This document shows positions 9,841-18,987 of a DNA stretch of 64,000 nt, piece after piece (the first letter of the stretch is position 1; every line of letters starts with the position of its first letter). The position numbers and the translations under genes are program-made. The stretch comes from a plasmid. The notes beneath the pieces were generated by a model that had not been told where the DNA came from, did no database searches, and was given only the letters and a program-made list of their open reading frames with translations. The stretch is from sequence record NZ_CP110904.1; one strand, written 5' to 3'.

Positions 9841-10273
9841 GAAAAATCCCCCAGAGAATTGTCTGGGGACATTTTAGAATGGTTCAAAGGGGACATTACA
9901 GCTTGGTGTTAACACATGGCTTCTTCTCCTTGCATTTTTGCAGGTAAGAGGCTAACCTTTAATGTGACTAGCATCAGGGGCCTCGGGTTAATTTGAAAAA
10001 ATTACTCGGGGCTTTCTGCTTTTTACCACAGTCAAACAGTGATTCTGCTGGCTGGGGCAAAAGCCTCCAGCACCGAAGCCATTATACCACCCAGCCCCCT
10101 TCAAACGAACAGGTCGACCGCCTAAATATTTAATAAGTAAGTATTTCAGGTTTTGCTGCCTCGCAGGCCGTAACAGCGGACGGCTGACGTAATCGCTGAC
10201 GAAACAGACGGATGCAAATCTCTACACTCAACGCCGCCAGCCCGTCCGGTCCCCCGCTTCTTTCCGGCTGTAA

Positions 10274-10879
10274 TCAGTCAGTCTTCGAACCCGCGATCAG
10301 TGACAAACGGTGAGCACGAACACAACTGTGCATTAGGCTATCCGGGTAATGGGCGATTTTCTCCAGTTTCTCATCGAGGCGGGTATACGTCAGTCGCCTG
10401 ATTTTCGTTAGTTCCTCGTGAAGCCAGCGTTTGATAAAGGGATTGCTGGAAAGCAGCACCAAATCGGAGTCCTCCACTTCATCAAAAAGCCAGACGGGTT
10501 TTGCCGGAGTAAGACGATAGAGCCAGGGACGCGAATAGTCCCCCGTCGCAATCAGGAACCAGACAACAATGCCAAGTGCGAGCTCCATGACCAGCATCAG
10601 GGTAAACTGAATATCCCGGACGTCAGGCTCTCCGGTAAAGCTCATCAGTCGGTCGCCAGTTGCCACACGCTGGATAATACATACCAGCATCAGCAGAGCA
10701 AGCAAAAGCCCCATGAGCAGCCCGCCATTCACCTCAAAAGTAGCTTTCTGGACGCGATCAGGCGGTACCTGTCTACGGTAGCGGCCGACCACTTCGCCGA
10801 TCAGTTCCCTGATGGCCATGCGTTCTTCATCGACCGTTGTTGCGGTATATCCGGACGGGTCCGATTCAGTTTGGTTCAT
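10274..10879 (-). CDS. hypothetical membrane protein (two TM helices)
   Basis: Starts at MNQTESD with RBS GGAGAGGG. The ORF track gives 10894. Confidence 0.5.
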   Translation of the reverse strand: MNQTESDPSGYTATTVDEERMAIRELIGEVVGRYRRQVPPDRVQKATFEVNGGLLMGLLLALLMLVCIIQRVATGDRLMSFTGEPDVRDIQFTLMLVMELALGIVVWFLIATGDYSRPWLYRLTPAKPVWLFDEVEDSDLVLLSSNPFIKRWLHEELTKIRRLTYTRLDEKLEKIAHYPDSLMHSCVRAHRLSLIAGSKTD

Positions 10880-11115
10880 GTACCCTCTCCTCACTCTGAA
10901 AATTAATGGTCACAGACACGCTGATCATACCCGGTGAACGGGAGCTAGTTTGCGGGTTAAGGGCTCGAAAAAAACGGGATTAAAGAGGGAAATGACAGCA
11001 GGAAGGTGGGATGCAATGAGCTGTTTTGTTTCCCTACAGTTAAGTGGGGGGGGAAACTGCCATCACCGGAATACGCTGAGAACGGAACGGGCCAAACCGA
11101 TAAGATGGACGGGCG

Positions 11116-11397
11116 CTATTTTGATTCCAATATTCGGGATTTTTCTTCCCGCGTCGCCAAACGGGCACTTCCGGAACGGTCGCGGATGAGTAGCGGCTTA
11201 TCTTTTTTCCAGCTACTTATCGCCGTTTCCCCGAACCGACGCGGCGCATTGCGGTTCCAGCTGGCGATAACGTGGTTATCGTAAACCTCCTGAATAACGA
11301 CAGAATGAAGAGTTACTGTCTTAATGGTGGTATTGCCCATTTTGGTTCGGAAGAGTGACCAAACGGTCATCCCCGCCTCCAACTGACTGAGTTTCAT
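11116..11397 (-). CDS. hypothetical protein
   Basis: 93-aa ORF. Confidence 0.35.
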   Translation of the reverse strand: MKLSQLEAGMTVWSLFRTKMGNTTIKTVTLHSVVIQEVYDNHVIASWNRNAPRRFGETAISSWKKDKPLLIRDRSGSARLATREEKSRILESK

Positions 11398-11517
11398 CTT
11401 TGCTCCGGTGATATCGGGGAAGTCGACGTGGTGACGTATTTAATCATAATCACTCACAGCGGATAATGCCGCCAGGTAACAGGGTACTGTCAGCCCAGGC
11501 ATGAGCAGTCCTTACGG

Positions 11518-11694
11518 CTATCGTGATTCGGCCAGTGTGCGGGTAATAGTCGCACGCTGACGCTGACGCTCAGCCTTACGCTGGCTGCGGCGGTAAAGCG
11601 GTTTCGCAGCAGCATAACGGCAATCCTCCGGGTAGTACCAGCAGCAGCCACAGGGCTCAGGCTGCGGTTTTCCGGCAAGTCCAAATGGTTTCAT
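11518..11694 (-). CDS. small Cys/Arg-rich protein (58 aa)
   Basis: Translation MKPFGLAGKPQPEPCGCCWYYPEDCRYAAAKPLYRRSQRKAERQRQRATITRTLAESR. It is missing from the ORF track (below 60 aa), which instead lists an overlapping frame. Confidence 0.3.
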   Translation of the reverse strand: MKPFGLAGKPQPEPCGCCWYYPEDCRYAAAKPLYRRSQRKAERQRQRATITRTLAESR

Positions 11695-11704
11695 AATGTC
11701 ACCT

Positions 11705-12058
11705 TTAAATGGAAATATTGTTCAGTTCCCGGCCTTCAGACACGGGTTCATTAATGAAGCGGCGTTGCATAAACAGGTACAGATAACCCTCTGTCGAGAA
11801 CATACAAAGATTCTCAGTAATACAGGCATCGAGATATTCTGTGTCGCTCTGGAGTCGTTTAATGACGCTCATCTGGTTAGCCGCCGACTGAATCAGCGGA
11901 TAGCCATTAACAGCACGATGAATACCTGAGCGGAATAACGAACGAGCCTTTCCAATCTTTTCCCGAGCAGCGGTCATTTCCATCTCGATAACCGACTGTC
12001 GCGCAAGATTAATAGCATCGCCGGATAATTCCGCAAAGCTGACCAGAGACTTATTCAT
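11705..12058 (-). CDS. hypothetical protein (117 aa)
   Basis: Has its own promoter-module copy with a perfect TGATATAAT extended -10. Confidence 0.55.
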   Translation of the reverse strand: MNKSLVSFAELSGDAINLARQSVIEMEMTAAREKIGKARSLFRSGIHRAVNGYPLIQSAANQMSVIKRLQSDTEYLDACITENLCMFSTEGYLYLFMQRRFINEPVSEGRELNNISI

Positions 12059-12086
12059 CTAAAACTCCTTTCAGAAATGTGAGCTC

Positions 12087-12119
12087 ATTATATCAATACG
12101 GCCTCTGGCCCAAATAACC
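12087..12119 (-). promoter_or_regulatory. promoter module copy 1
   Basis: GGTTATTTGG, 14-nt spacer, TGATATAAT. Confidence 0.55.
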
Positions 12120-12241
12120 CGTGGTGAAATATTTTGACGAATATCTGAAAAGTGAAAATGGCAACCGGGAAAAGGACGGGTTTTATTTTAAGTGTGCCGA
12201 TGACGTCTGACAGGGGAATTAAATTTGACGGTCTTTGATTT

Positions 12242-12279
12242 AAAAAAAGGTAGAAGGAGGTCACCTGGACACCTCCTTC
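12242..12279 (-). terminator. rho-independent terminator
   Basis: Stem GAAGGAGGT...ACCTCCTTC followed by a U8 run on the minus strand, after the stop at 12288. Confidence 0.6.
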
Positions 12280-12287
12280 TCCGGCGC

Positions 12288-12566
12288 TCAGTTTGAGAAT
12301 ACGTTAACGCTGTAGCGTCTACCGAGCACCTCGGCAGTGGTATCCACAATTTTCTGAATATCATCGGTAATCGCGGGTTTACTGAATGCGACAGTATGCA
12401 GTTCGCCAGCTTGTTCCGCCGTCGCGCCATCATGAAAGCGGCTGGCATCGTACAGCTGGACCCGGAGCGTCCGGGTGTGATCAACATGGGGCAATGTTCT
12501 TCTCCTGTTCAGCCAGTCGCCATAAGCGTTAATAATCACTTTCTTCCGGTTGCGGCTGAGTGACAA
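12288..12566 (-). CDS. hypothetical protein (92 aa)
   Basis: ORF followed by a terminator. Its start overlaps the upstream gene by 38 nt in a different frame. Confidence 0.4.
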   Translation of the reverse strand: MSLSRNRKKVIINAYGDWLNRRRTLPHVDHTRTLRVQLYDASRFHDGATAEQAGELHTVAFSKPAITDDIQKIVDTTAEVLGRRYSVNVFSN

Positions 12567-12753
12567 ACTGGTACTTTACTCCATTAGGGACACCAACGGC
12601 TTTTGCTACGGATTCACACAGCAGCGACAGGTCATTCAGCGTCATCGGATATTCGATGTCGACTGAATATAGGGCCCCGGCATTCTCGGCGTCTTCGATG
12701 TTTTTAAACTGGGCGCTGAAAATGGCGACGGTAGAAATTTCAATGTTGTGCAT
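12529..12753 (-). CDS. small acidic protein, paralog of 19126-19350 (EYPMTLNDLSLLCESVAKA family)
   Basis: 74 aa with RBS AAGGA. About 45 percent identical to the second copy. Confidence 0.6.
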   Translation of the reverse strand: MHNIEISTVAIFSAQFKNIEDAENAGALYSVDIEYPMTLNDLSLLCESVAKAVGVPNGVKYQFVTQPQPEESDY

Positions 12754-12768
12754 GAGTCAGTCCTTATG

Positions 12769-12792
12769 AAAAAAAAGCCACCGAAAGGTGGC
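12769..12792 (-). terminator. rho-independent terminator
   Basis: GCCACCGAAAGGTGGC hairpin followed by a U8 run on the minus strand. Confidence 0.6.
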
Positions 12793-12802
12793 TGAGTAAA
12801 AG

Positions 12803-13006
12803 TTACTGCGCCTGGCTGGCCTTGTCCGCATTTTTGGTGTAACCAACTCGGGCAATGACGACGGCAATTGCAAGGAGAGCAGCGAGACCGCCGTAGAATA
12901 CAGATCGGGAAACATCGGCGAACATATCGCTCAAGTTATCAACGCCGAGGAGAAATACACAGATAATGACGATAAAGCGAACTGGTTTGCTATAAAACAA
13001 TTTCAT
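12803..13006 (-). CDS. small membrane protein (67 aa, 2 TM)
   Basis: Hydrophobic ORF with a terminator immediately downstream. Confidence 0.5.
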   Translation of the reverse strand: MKLFYSKPVRFIVIICVFLLGVDNLSDMFADVSRSVFYGGLAALLAIAVVIARVGYTKNADKASQAQ

Positions 13007-13065
13007 CAGTAGCTATCCTTCTGGGGTGAAATGACAACAGCATTACACCACATCAGATACCGTTT

Positions 13066-13100
13066 TTTTTTCGCTAACGGGCCTATTTTGACCAGAAAAA
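13066..13100. promoter_or_regulatory. conserved CGTTAGCGGGCCTATTTTGAC element (one of two copies)
   Basis: About 24 bp are shared with 20021-20060. Both lie upstream of small membrane-protein genes. Confidence 0.35.
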
Positions 13101-13198
13101 AATAGCGCCTCAGGGTTGGCAATGGCGAGGTTCTTTTCGAGGTACCTGTGGTCATCCCGTCCTGATATCAGAGAGAAAAACGGTTCCAATTGAAAAAT

Positions 13199-13492
13199 TT
13201 AGTCGCGTTCGATGGACCTCAGGAGATCACTCCCAGTGGCGCTCAGCTTGACCTGATAATAACTTCCCGGTAAAGGCCGCTGGGACGGATTAACCAGCTC
13301 AACCAACCCAAGCCGAAAGAGGACCGGGGTGCTACGGCATCGCACATCATCCGATGCCCCCCTATACATCCGGCATTCCCGGGCCCGACGAAATTCACCG
13401 CAGATCTCATACTTCGTTCCGCTTGCCAGACGATGCAACACATAGATTTGGGCCTGTGTAAGCGGGGAAATAGGTCGCTTTGTGTCAGCCAT
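13199..13492 (-). CDS. hypothetical protein (97 aa)
   Basis: ORF only. Confidence 0.4.
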   Translation of the reverse strand: MADTKRPISPLTQAQIYVLHRLASGTKYEICGEFRRARECRMYRGASDDVRCRSTPVLFRLGLVELVNPSQRPLPGSYYQVKLSATGSDLLRSIERD

Positions 13493-13575
13493 AATACTCC
13501 TTTTAAGGTGGGTCTGTTCGGCTGGCTGAAAGATCAGGGACAGACCATGTTAGACCGATACAGCCTGTGACTCGT

Positions 13576-14067
13576 TTATCCATTCACCAGCGTTATTTTT
13601 GTAGGGGATACTTTGAGACTAAAAGCCTTAAGTTTCTTTTCGATTGCGAGTTCAAACCACTCAAGCGGTACAGTAACTGTACTATCATCTCCTCCCATAA
13701 TCTGATCAGACTCATAATTCCAATCTTCATCAAGCGACGGATTCATTCCACGGGCATAGATAGCTGTATCTCGGGAGACAGGACTTCCATCCAGAGAAGC
13801 ATTGGTAATCAGACAGACGCCATGACCTTTTACCAGAGTAATCTGAGGGGTCAGACGGGTCTGAACCATATGCTTTGGCGATGGCCAGAAAACTTCCCCT
13901 GCCAGGCAAGCTTCTTTTTCCGTCTTACCAGCTTCGTTAAGAGGCACCCCCCCCGGATAATTTGTTGGCTCAAAAAGCTGATCAACGGTTGCAAGGAATT
14001 GCTCCGCTGACTGGATTTCTTTAAGCAGTTTTTTTACCCCTGAAATCTCGAATGTTAATCTGCTCAT
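13576..14067 (-). CDS. hypothetical protein (163 aa)
   Basis: Third gene of a three-gene minus-strand operon. Confidence 0.5.
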   Translation of the reverse strand: MSRLTFEISGVKKLLKEIQSAEQFLATVDQLFEPTNYPGGVPLNEAGKTEKEACLAGEVFWPSPKHMVQTRLTPQITLVKGHGVCLITNASLDGSPVSRDTAIYARGMNPSLDEDWNYESDQIMGGDDSTVTVPLEWFELAIEKKLKAFSLKVSPTKITLVNG

Positions 14068-14071
14068 CTGA

Positions 14072-14530
14072 TTATTCTCCGCAATCCGGCGCTAGCATCA
14101 AATGCTTGGTTGCCAAGAGCAGCTCTTTGACGTCAGCAGGAGAAACCTCCCCATTGCCTTCGACAGCGTCCTGTAAACGCTGACGCGTCGCCTGAATCGT
14201 ATCAGACGACAGAGATGCAAGTTTGCTCAATACCGCGTTAGCTTTTTCCACTGCGGGATACAGGGCTTCTGAGGTGGTATTGTCTACATCATTATCGAAG
14301 ACCAGCTCAGACTCCATATTAATATTGTCTTCAAGCCAGCTAGAAAGAATATCAAGAAAAGACATGACTTTATTAATCTGCATTTTTTGCCCTCGGTTGG
14401 TGTAAACCCAATATAACAAACCGACTCTCCCGGCTAATAACCCAAAGAGCAAAAAAATAGATAAATTAGATAGGACAGAATTTAGTTTAAAAAGGTGTAA
14501 AGACAGACCCGCTATAAATAAACTCAGCAC
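14072..14530 (-). CDS. hypothetical membrane-anchored protein (152 aa)
   Basis: N-terminal TM helix. Confidence 0.5.
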   Translation of the reverse strand: MLSLFIAGLSLHLFKLNSVLSNLSIFLLFGLLAGRVGLLYWVYTNRGQKMQINKVMSFLDILSSWLEDNINMESELVFDNDVDNTTSEALYPAVEKANAVLSKLASLSSDTIQATRQRLQDAVEGNGEVSPADVKELLLATKHLMLAPDCGE

Positions 14531-14581
14531 TGAAGGAAAAAACCTTCCATATCGGAAGGCTTATGGTGCATCAGGTAAAAA

Positions 14582-14962
14582 CTACTGCTGCTTCTGGAAC
14601 GCGACGAACGTCGCGAAAACAGCTATCAACACTGCCATGAAGTAAACCAGGTATGAGCCGGATTGCCAGATATTTACGCCGAAAAAAGAAAGTAACTTTC
14701 CGTCCGGGATAATAGAAAAAGCCAGGTTCCATAATCCGGTCAGTACAACCTGAGCGATAATCATTTTTCCCAGCGCACCCAGTTCCTGAGTTGCATACAT
14801 TGCAGCCATTACAAATGTCAGAACTACCACAAGGAGAGCAGACAAAGCCACAACCGAAATGCTCAGTCCGACGGACGTAAATATAATGGCTTCTTTAAAA
14901 GCCAGACCTGTAAACCCCCAGATCAGAATGACTAAAATGAAAAACAACAGGATAAATTTCAT
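14582..14962 (-). CDS. hypothetical polytopic membrane protein (126 aa)
   Basis: Four TM helices. Contains AAAGTAACTTT copy e. Confidence 0.5.
   Translation of the reverse strand: MKFILLFFILVILIWGFTGLAFKEAIIFTSVGLSISVVALSALLVVVLTFVMAAMYATQELGALGKMIIAQVVLTGLWNLAFSIIPDGKLLSFFGVNIWQSGSYLVYFMAVLIAVFATFVAFQKQQ
14689..14699. repeat. AAAGTAACTTT palindromic repeat, copy e (inside a gene)
   Basis: Exact palindrome. Confidence 0.5.
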
Positions 14963-15005
14963 TAAAATTGCGTCCCTCTTTCAGTGGTAGAATCTGGCTA
15001 CGATG

Positions 15006-16062
15006 GGCTTTGTTGAATAAATCAGATTTCGGGTAAGTCTCCCCCGTAGCGGGTTGTGTTTTCAGGCAATACGCACGCTTTCAGGCATACCTGCTTTCGT
15101 CATTTTGTTCAGCGCTCGTACCAGGGCCATAGCCTCCGCAACCTGACCATCGTAGTCACGCAGCGTCAGTGAACCCCCGAACAGCTGTTTTACCCGGTAC
15201 ATCGCCGTTTCCGCTATCGAGCGACGATTGTAATCTGTTGTCCATTTCCACCGCGCATTACTCCCGGTCATTCGCTGATTAGCCACTGCACGGTTACGGT
15301 CTGCATATTCACCGGGCCAGTAACCCGCACCTTTTCGGGGAGGGATAAGCGCGCTGATTTTCTTACGCCGCAGTTCATCGTGACATAGCCGGGTATCGTA
15401 AGCGCCATCGGCGGCGGCTGACCTGATTTTCCGGTGGGTTTGCCGGATTAACCCGGGGAAGGCCTCTGAGTCCGTAACGTTGTTCAGCGACAGGTCAGCG
15501 CAGATGATTTCATGTGTTTTACTGTCAACGGCGAGATGCAGCTTACGCCAGATACGGCGGCGTTCCTGGCCATGCTTTTTGACTTTCCACTCGCCTTCAC
15601 CGAAGACCTTCAGCCCGGTGGAATCAATTACCAGGTGTGCGATTTCACCCCGGGTGGGCGTTTTGAAACTGACATTAACCGACTTTGCCCGCCTGCTGAC
15701 ACAGCTGTAATCCGGGCAGCGTAGCGGAACGTTCATCAGAGAAAAAATGGAATCAATAAAGCCCTGCGCAGCCCGCAGGGTCAGCCTGAATACGCGTTTA
15801 ATGACCAGCACAGTCGTGATGGCAAGGTCAGAATAGCGCTGAGGTCTGCCTCGTGAAGAAGGTGTTGCTGACTCATACCAGGCCTGAATAGCTTCATCAT
15901 CCAGCCAGAAAGTTATGGAGCCACGGTTGATGAGGGCTTTATTGTAGGTGGGCCAGTTGGTGATTTTGAACTTTTGCTTTGCCACGGAACGGTCTGCGTT
16001 GTCGGGAAGATGCGTGATCTGATCCTTCAACTCAGCAAAAGTTCGATTTATTCAACAAAGCC
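15006..16062 (-). mobile_element. IS903-like element (IS5 family), 1057 bp, with a 9-bp target-site duplication GCTACGATG
   Basis: 18-bp inverted repeats GGCTTTGTTGAATAAATC. Direct repeats at 14997-15005 and 16063-16071. Confidence 0.9.
15062..16030 (-). CDS. IS903-type DDE transposase
   Basis: 322 aa with the IS5-family LHLAVD and ADGAYD motifs. Confidence 0.9.
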   Translation of the reverse strand: MKDQITHLPDNADRSVAKQKFKITNWPTYNKALINRGSITFWLDDEAIQAWYESATPSSRGRPQRYSDLAITTVLVIKRVFRLTLRAAQGFIDSIFSLMNVPLRCPDYSCVSRRAKSVNVSFKTPTRGEIAHLVIDSTGLKVFGEGEWKVKKHGQERRRIWRKLHLAVDSKTHEIICADLSLNNVTDSEAFPGLIRQTHRKIRSAAADGAYDTRLCHDELRRKKISALIPPRKGAGYWPGEYADRNRAVANQRMTGSNARWKWTTDYNRRSIAETAMYRVKQLFGGSLTLRDYDGQVAEAMALVRALNKMTKAGMPESVRIA

Positions 16063-16112
16063 GCTACGATGTCAAAGGCCAGCCTACCACTCGCAGAATG
16101 TATAACATGAGG

Positions 16113-16361
16113 TTAAATACAAATCCGTTCACAGGCCCGTTTCAGTGTTTCTTTGGTATGACATTGTGTGGCCTGATTTAACTGTGTCCGGATATGCTGC
16201 TCATCATGGCCGTCAGCAACAAAGAGTTTGATTTTACTTTCAAGACGGCTCATTGCTTCGTACAATTTCGCTTCTTTATTGTTCTTCATGAAGCGAAGAA
16301 CGTAATCCGCAATAATATGCACAGGCGGTGTTTTGATTTCACGGGAGCGATTGCTGGTCAT
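16113..16361 (-). CDS. hypothetical protein (82 aa)
   Basis: ORF. Confidence 0.4.
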   Translation of the reverse strand: MTSNRSREIKTPPVHIIADYVLRFMKNNKEAKLYEAMSRLESKIKLFVADGHDEQHIRTQLNQATQCHTKETLKRACERICI

Positions 16362-16394
16362 GATTCTTTCTAATTTTTTGTATTGAAAATACCG

Positions 16395-16649
16395 TTATAC
16401 GGTGCCACCACATTTAAGCCAACCTTTTCCGGTTGTATAAGAAATGCGACCGTCCTTAATTAGCGATTGCAAACGGCGGTCAAGAATCCGCAATGGTTGC
16501 GGATTGCTTTCCCTAGCGGCAATCCTGTGACACTCTGCTTTGATTTCTCCGGCAAATAATGTCGCGAACGGCTTAGGAACCGGGGTTAGAACTTCGATGA
16601 GTGCCTTGTCCAGCGCCAGATATTCATCCATGTTTATGTCCTTACACAT
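16395..16649 (-). CDS. hypothetical protein (84 aa)
   Basis: Has a degenerate promoter-module copy upstream. Confidence 0.45.
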   Translation of the reverse strand: MCKDINMDEYLALDKALIEVLTPVPKPFATLFAGEIKAECHRIAARESNPQPLRILDRRLQSLIKDGRISYTTGKGWLKCGGTV

Positions 16650-16674
16650 AATAAACTAACTATGATTTAACTAA

Positions 16675-16706
16675 TTATACCGAATCGGGGTACGAACCGA
16701 ATAACC
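16675..16706 (-). promoter_or_regulatory. promoter module copy 8 (degenerate)
   Basis: AGGTTATTCG, 16-nt spacer, GGTATAAT. Confidence 0.4.
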
Positions 16707-16786
16707 TACAGGTTGGAAAATCAACTTCCCCGGTATATCCATTGAGAGTCTGTCAGCCTGTGCAACGACATCAGGCTGATCGCCAC

Positions 16787-17401
16787 TCACCCGCTAATAA
16801 CAATGGCCTGCTCCGGTTGTGGCTGGCGATCCCCCCGCAGTGCCTCAGACTCTCTGAGACGGGCTGATGGCATCGTCATTGCCTTAAACCCCTCTTCCCG
16901 CGTACGCACCAGCATCCCCCACGAATAGGTTTCACAGACATCGTTCTCTAAATTGGGTTCGGTCGACAGCAGGGACTCCATCTTCGGTTCGATGTGTACC
17001 GGCGCAATGTTTTTATAGACAGGGTGAACACGATACTCTTCAGACGCCTGTGCCCGGTAGCTCCCTTGCGCCAGCAGCACGTCATGGGAAACCAGGTCAT
17101 ATTCCGTATCTTCGACAAAGGTCTTCAGGGTGTGCGTTATTTTGCCGTATCCTTCAATATTCCAGACGGAGACCATCGTAAACTCTTCTAACGCTCGGGG
17201 AATTTTGACCAGAAATCCATTCAATGCCTTGCGACCCTTCAGCATACCCACCAGGTATTGCTTGTTCGGATAAGGGCGCATCGCAACCAGGTCATTTCCT
17301 GTCAGGTGAAGCGACAGTTCCGTGACGCTCACGGAATCCAGCGTGCAGAGATTTCCCATCGGATGCAGGATTTTAGGTACCAGGTGTAAAAACATCGTCA
17401 T
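16787..17401 (-). CDS. hypothetical protein (204 aa)
   Basis: Last gene of the ASCH-HNH operon. Confidence 0.5.
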   Translation of the reverse strand: MTMFLHLVPKILHPMGNLCTLDSVSVTELSLHLTGNDLVAMRPYPNKQYLVGMLKGRKALNGFLVKIPRALEEFTMVSVWNIEGYGKITHTLKTFVEDTEYDLVSHDVLLAQGSYRAQASEEYRVHPVYKNIAPVHIEPKMESLLSTEPNLENDVCETYSWGMLVRTREEGFKAMTMPSARLRESEALRGDRQPQPEQAIVISG

Positions 17402-17425
17402 TATCCTCGTTTATTATGGTTTCAA

Positions 17426-17962
17426 TTATTTCGGTGTCGCTTGATACATTTCGAACCAGAAGACAATCGGCTTCTCCGTGACTTCAATTAATCCAAATCG
17501 CTCTGCGGTCCTGAAGTTGACGCTGTATGCCCTGGCGCGTTCTACCTGGCGGCTTATTTCTTTCCGCATTCCTTCAACACTCAATGCACCTTTAAAGAGA
17601 TTGCAGGGGGCGCAAGCCGGAAAAAGATTTTCGATTGCATGCAGTTCAGGATGCATGACCTTACCGGTACTTCGAGCCTGGTGTGTCACTCGACTTCCAG
17701 CGGGGGCTCTGACCATTTCAAAATCCCGCCTCACCGGTTCAACATGATCGGCATGCCAGCCTTTTTCCGGCAGAGTACAGCCGCAATAGGCACACCGACC
17801 ACCAAATTTCAAACGCAGTTCGGCTCGTTGCTCTTTGGATATTTTATTTTTGGGCTTTGAAAATCGCCCATCATCAGATTTAACCTTCGGGAGGAGTTCT
17901 GAAAAATTGGGTAATTCGATTACTGAGCCTTTGTTATTTAGAACTTTCACCGGACCTCCCAA
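17426..17962 (-). CDS. HNH endonuclease
   Basis: CAYCGC...HADHVEP...H...N...CAPCN beta-beta-alpha-metal zinc-finger motif. Confidence 0.8.
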   Translation of the reverse strand: MGGPVKVLNNKGSVIELPNFSELLPKVKSDDGRFSKPKNKISKEQRAELRLKFGGRCAYCGCTLPEKGWHADHVEPVRRDFEMVRAPAGSRVTHQARSTGKVMHPELHAIENLFPACAPCNLFKGALSVEGMRKEISRQVERARAYSVNFRTAERFGLIEVTEKPIVFWFEMYQATPK

Positions 17963-17983
17963 CCATATTAAGACGGTTTTTTA

Positions 17984-18292
17984 TTAAATTTCCTGAATTA
18001 GTTTTCGGATTTTAATCAGGTGTGGTCGGCTTAATTTACATAGCTGTTCGGTCGCGGCATCCAGAGTGGGGAATACATGGGCCTCATTAATATCCACTGT
18101 CCAGTATTTCGCCTTCCCTTCCCCCAGATCAGATTCAAAATAATTTCGCTTTACTCCGACCTGCTTTGGTCTTCCATTTATCCTGATAATCTCGTGCCGC
18201 TCATCGAAGATAAAACCATCACCGACTAACGTCAGAAGAACAAAAGGACCTTCGGGTTTTTCCGTACCCAGCGAACTCACCTCATTATTCAT
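17984..18292 (-). CDS. hypothetical protein (102 aa)
   Basis: Overlaps the upstream gene by 4 nt. Confidence 0.45.
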   Translation of the reverse strand: MNNEVSSLGTEKPEGPFVLLTLVGDGFIFDERHEIIRINGRPKQVGVKRNYFESDLGEGKAKYWTVDINEAHVFPTLDAATEQLCKLSRPHLIKIRKLIQEI

Positions 18293-18987
18293 GCGACTTC
18301 CCCAGCAATGCGCTCAAAATTGATGACCCACACCCACGGGTTGGCCTGCCAACTGTCTTCTCCATAGGTGTCTTTCCAAAGGCTGCGGAAGCCAAGAAAA
18401 TGCTTATCGCCAATAACACAACATTCGGTTGGGGCTCCTTCAGCTTTCGCATCCTCTTCGCTGATGCTGTTTAACCGCTCTACTCGCAAATCGGTGATTT
18501 CCAGTACTATACGGCTGGCCCAGCGAGGCATATGGATAGAAGGTGTCCACGCACCTTCGAACTTCATATTTTCTGTACGGGGCTTCCAGTCGGCCTCATC
18601 AGGGATCGACCACAGCCCATAATCCCCCGAACGCTGTTCACAGCTCGCACGGTAAATGCGGGCTGCTTCAGATCTGTCCATCACAATGTTGTCATTCCAG
18701 TCCACCGCGCACGCATCTTCATTCCCGAGCAAGGAAAACGCTTCACGTACAGTAATACGGTCGCCAACTACACCGTACGGACAGGCGCGAAGCGCCGAAT
18801 TTGGCTGAGTTCCTGTTGGAAGCCACCAGTCATGCGTATGCCCACGATGTCGCGGTGTTTGCGCAGGCCTTGCCGACCATTCAGGTGAACTGTACTGAGG
18901 CTCTATAATCCGCCGCGTCTGTGTTTTCTGGTTTGCCAGAATTGCCCTGACCATTTCATCTTTAAAAAGCATTCCACGTGTCTTCAC
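18289..18987 (-). CDS. ASCH (PUA-like) domain protein
   Basis: N-terminal MLFKDEMVRAILANQKTQTRR and C-terminal NPWVWVINFER are typical of ASCH beta-barrel domains. The start is uncertain: GTG at 18987, ATG at 18972, or the ORF-track start at 19020. Confidence 0.5.
   Translation of the reverse strand: MKTRGMLFKDEMVRAILANQKTQTRRIIEPQYSSPEWSARPAQTPRHRGHTHDWWLPTGTQPNSALRACPYGVVGDRITVREAFSLLGNEDACAVDWNDNIVMDRSEAARIYRASCEQRSGDYGLWSIPDEADWKPRTENMKFEGAWTPSIHMPRWASRIVLEITDLRVERLNSISEEDAKAEGAPTECCVIGDKHFLGFRSLWKDTYGEDSWQANPWVWVINFERIAGEVA

Noticed and set aside
11490-11684. 64-aa ORF listed in the track
   Set aside because: An out-of-frame alternative at 11518-11694 has clear protein-like features and this one does not.
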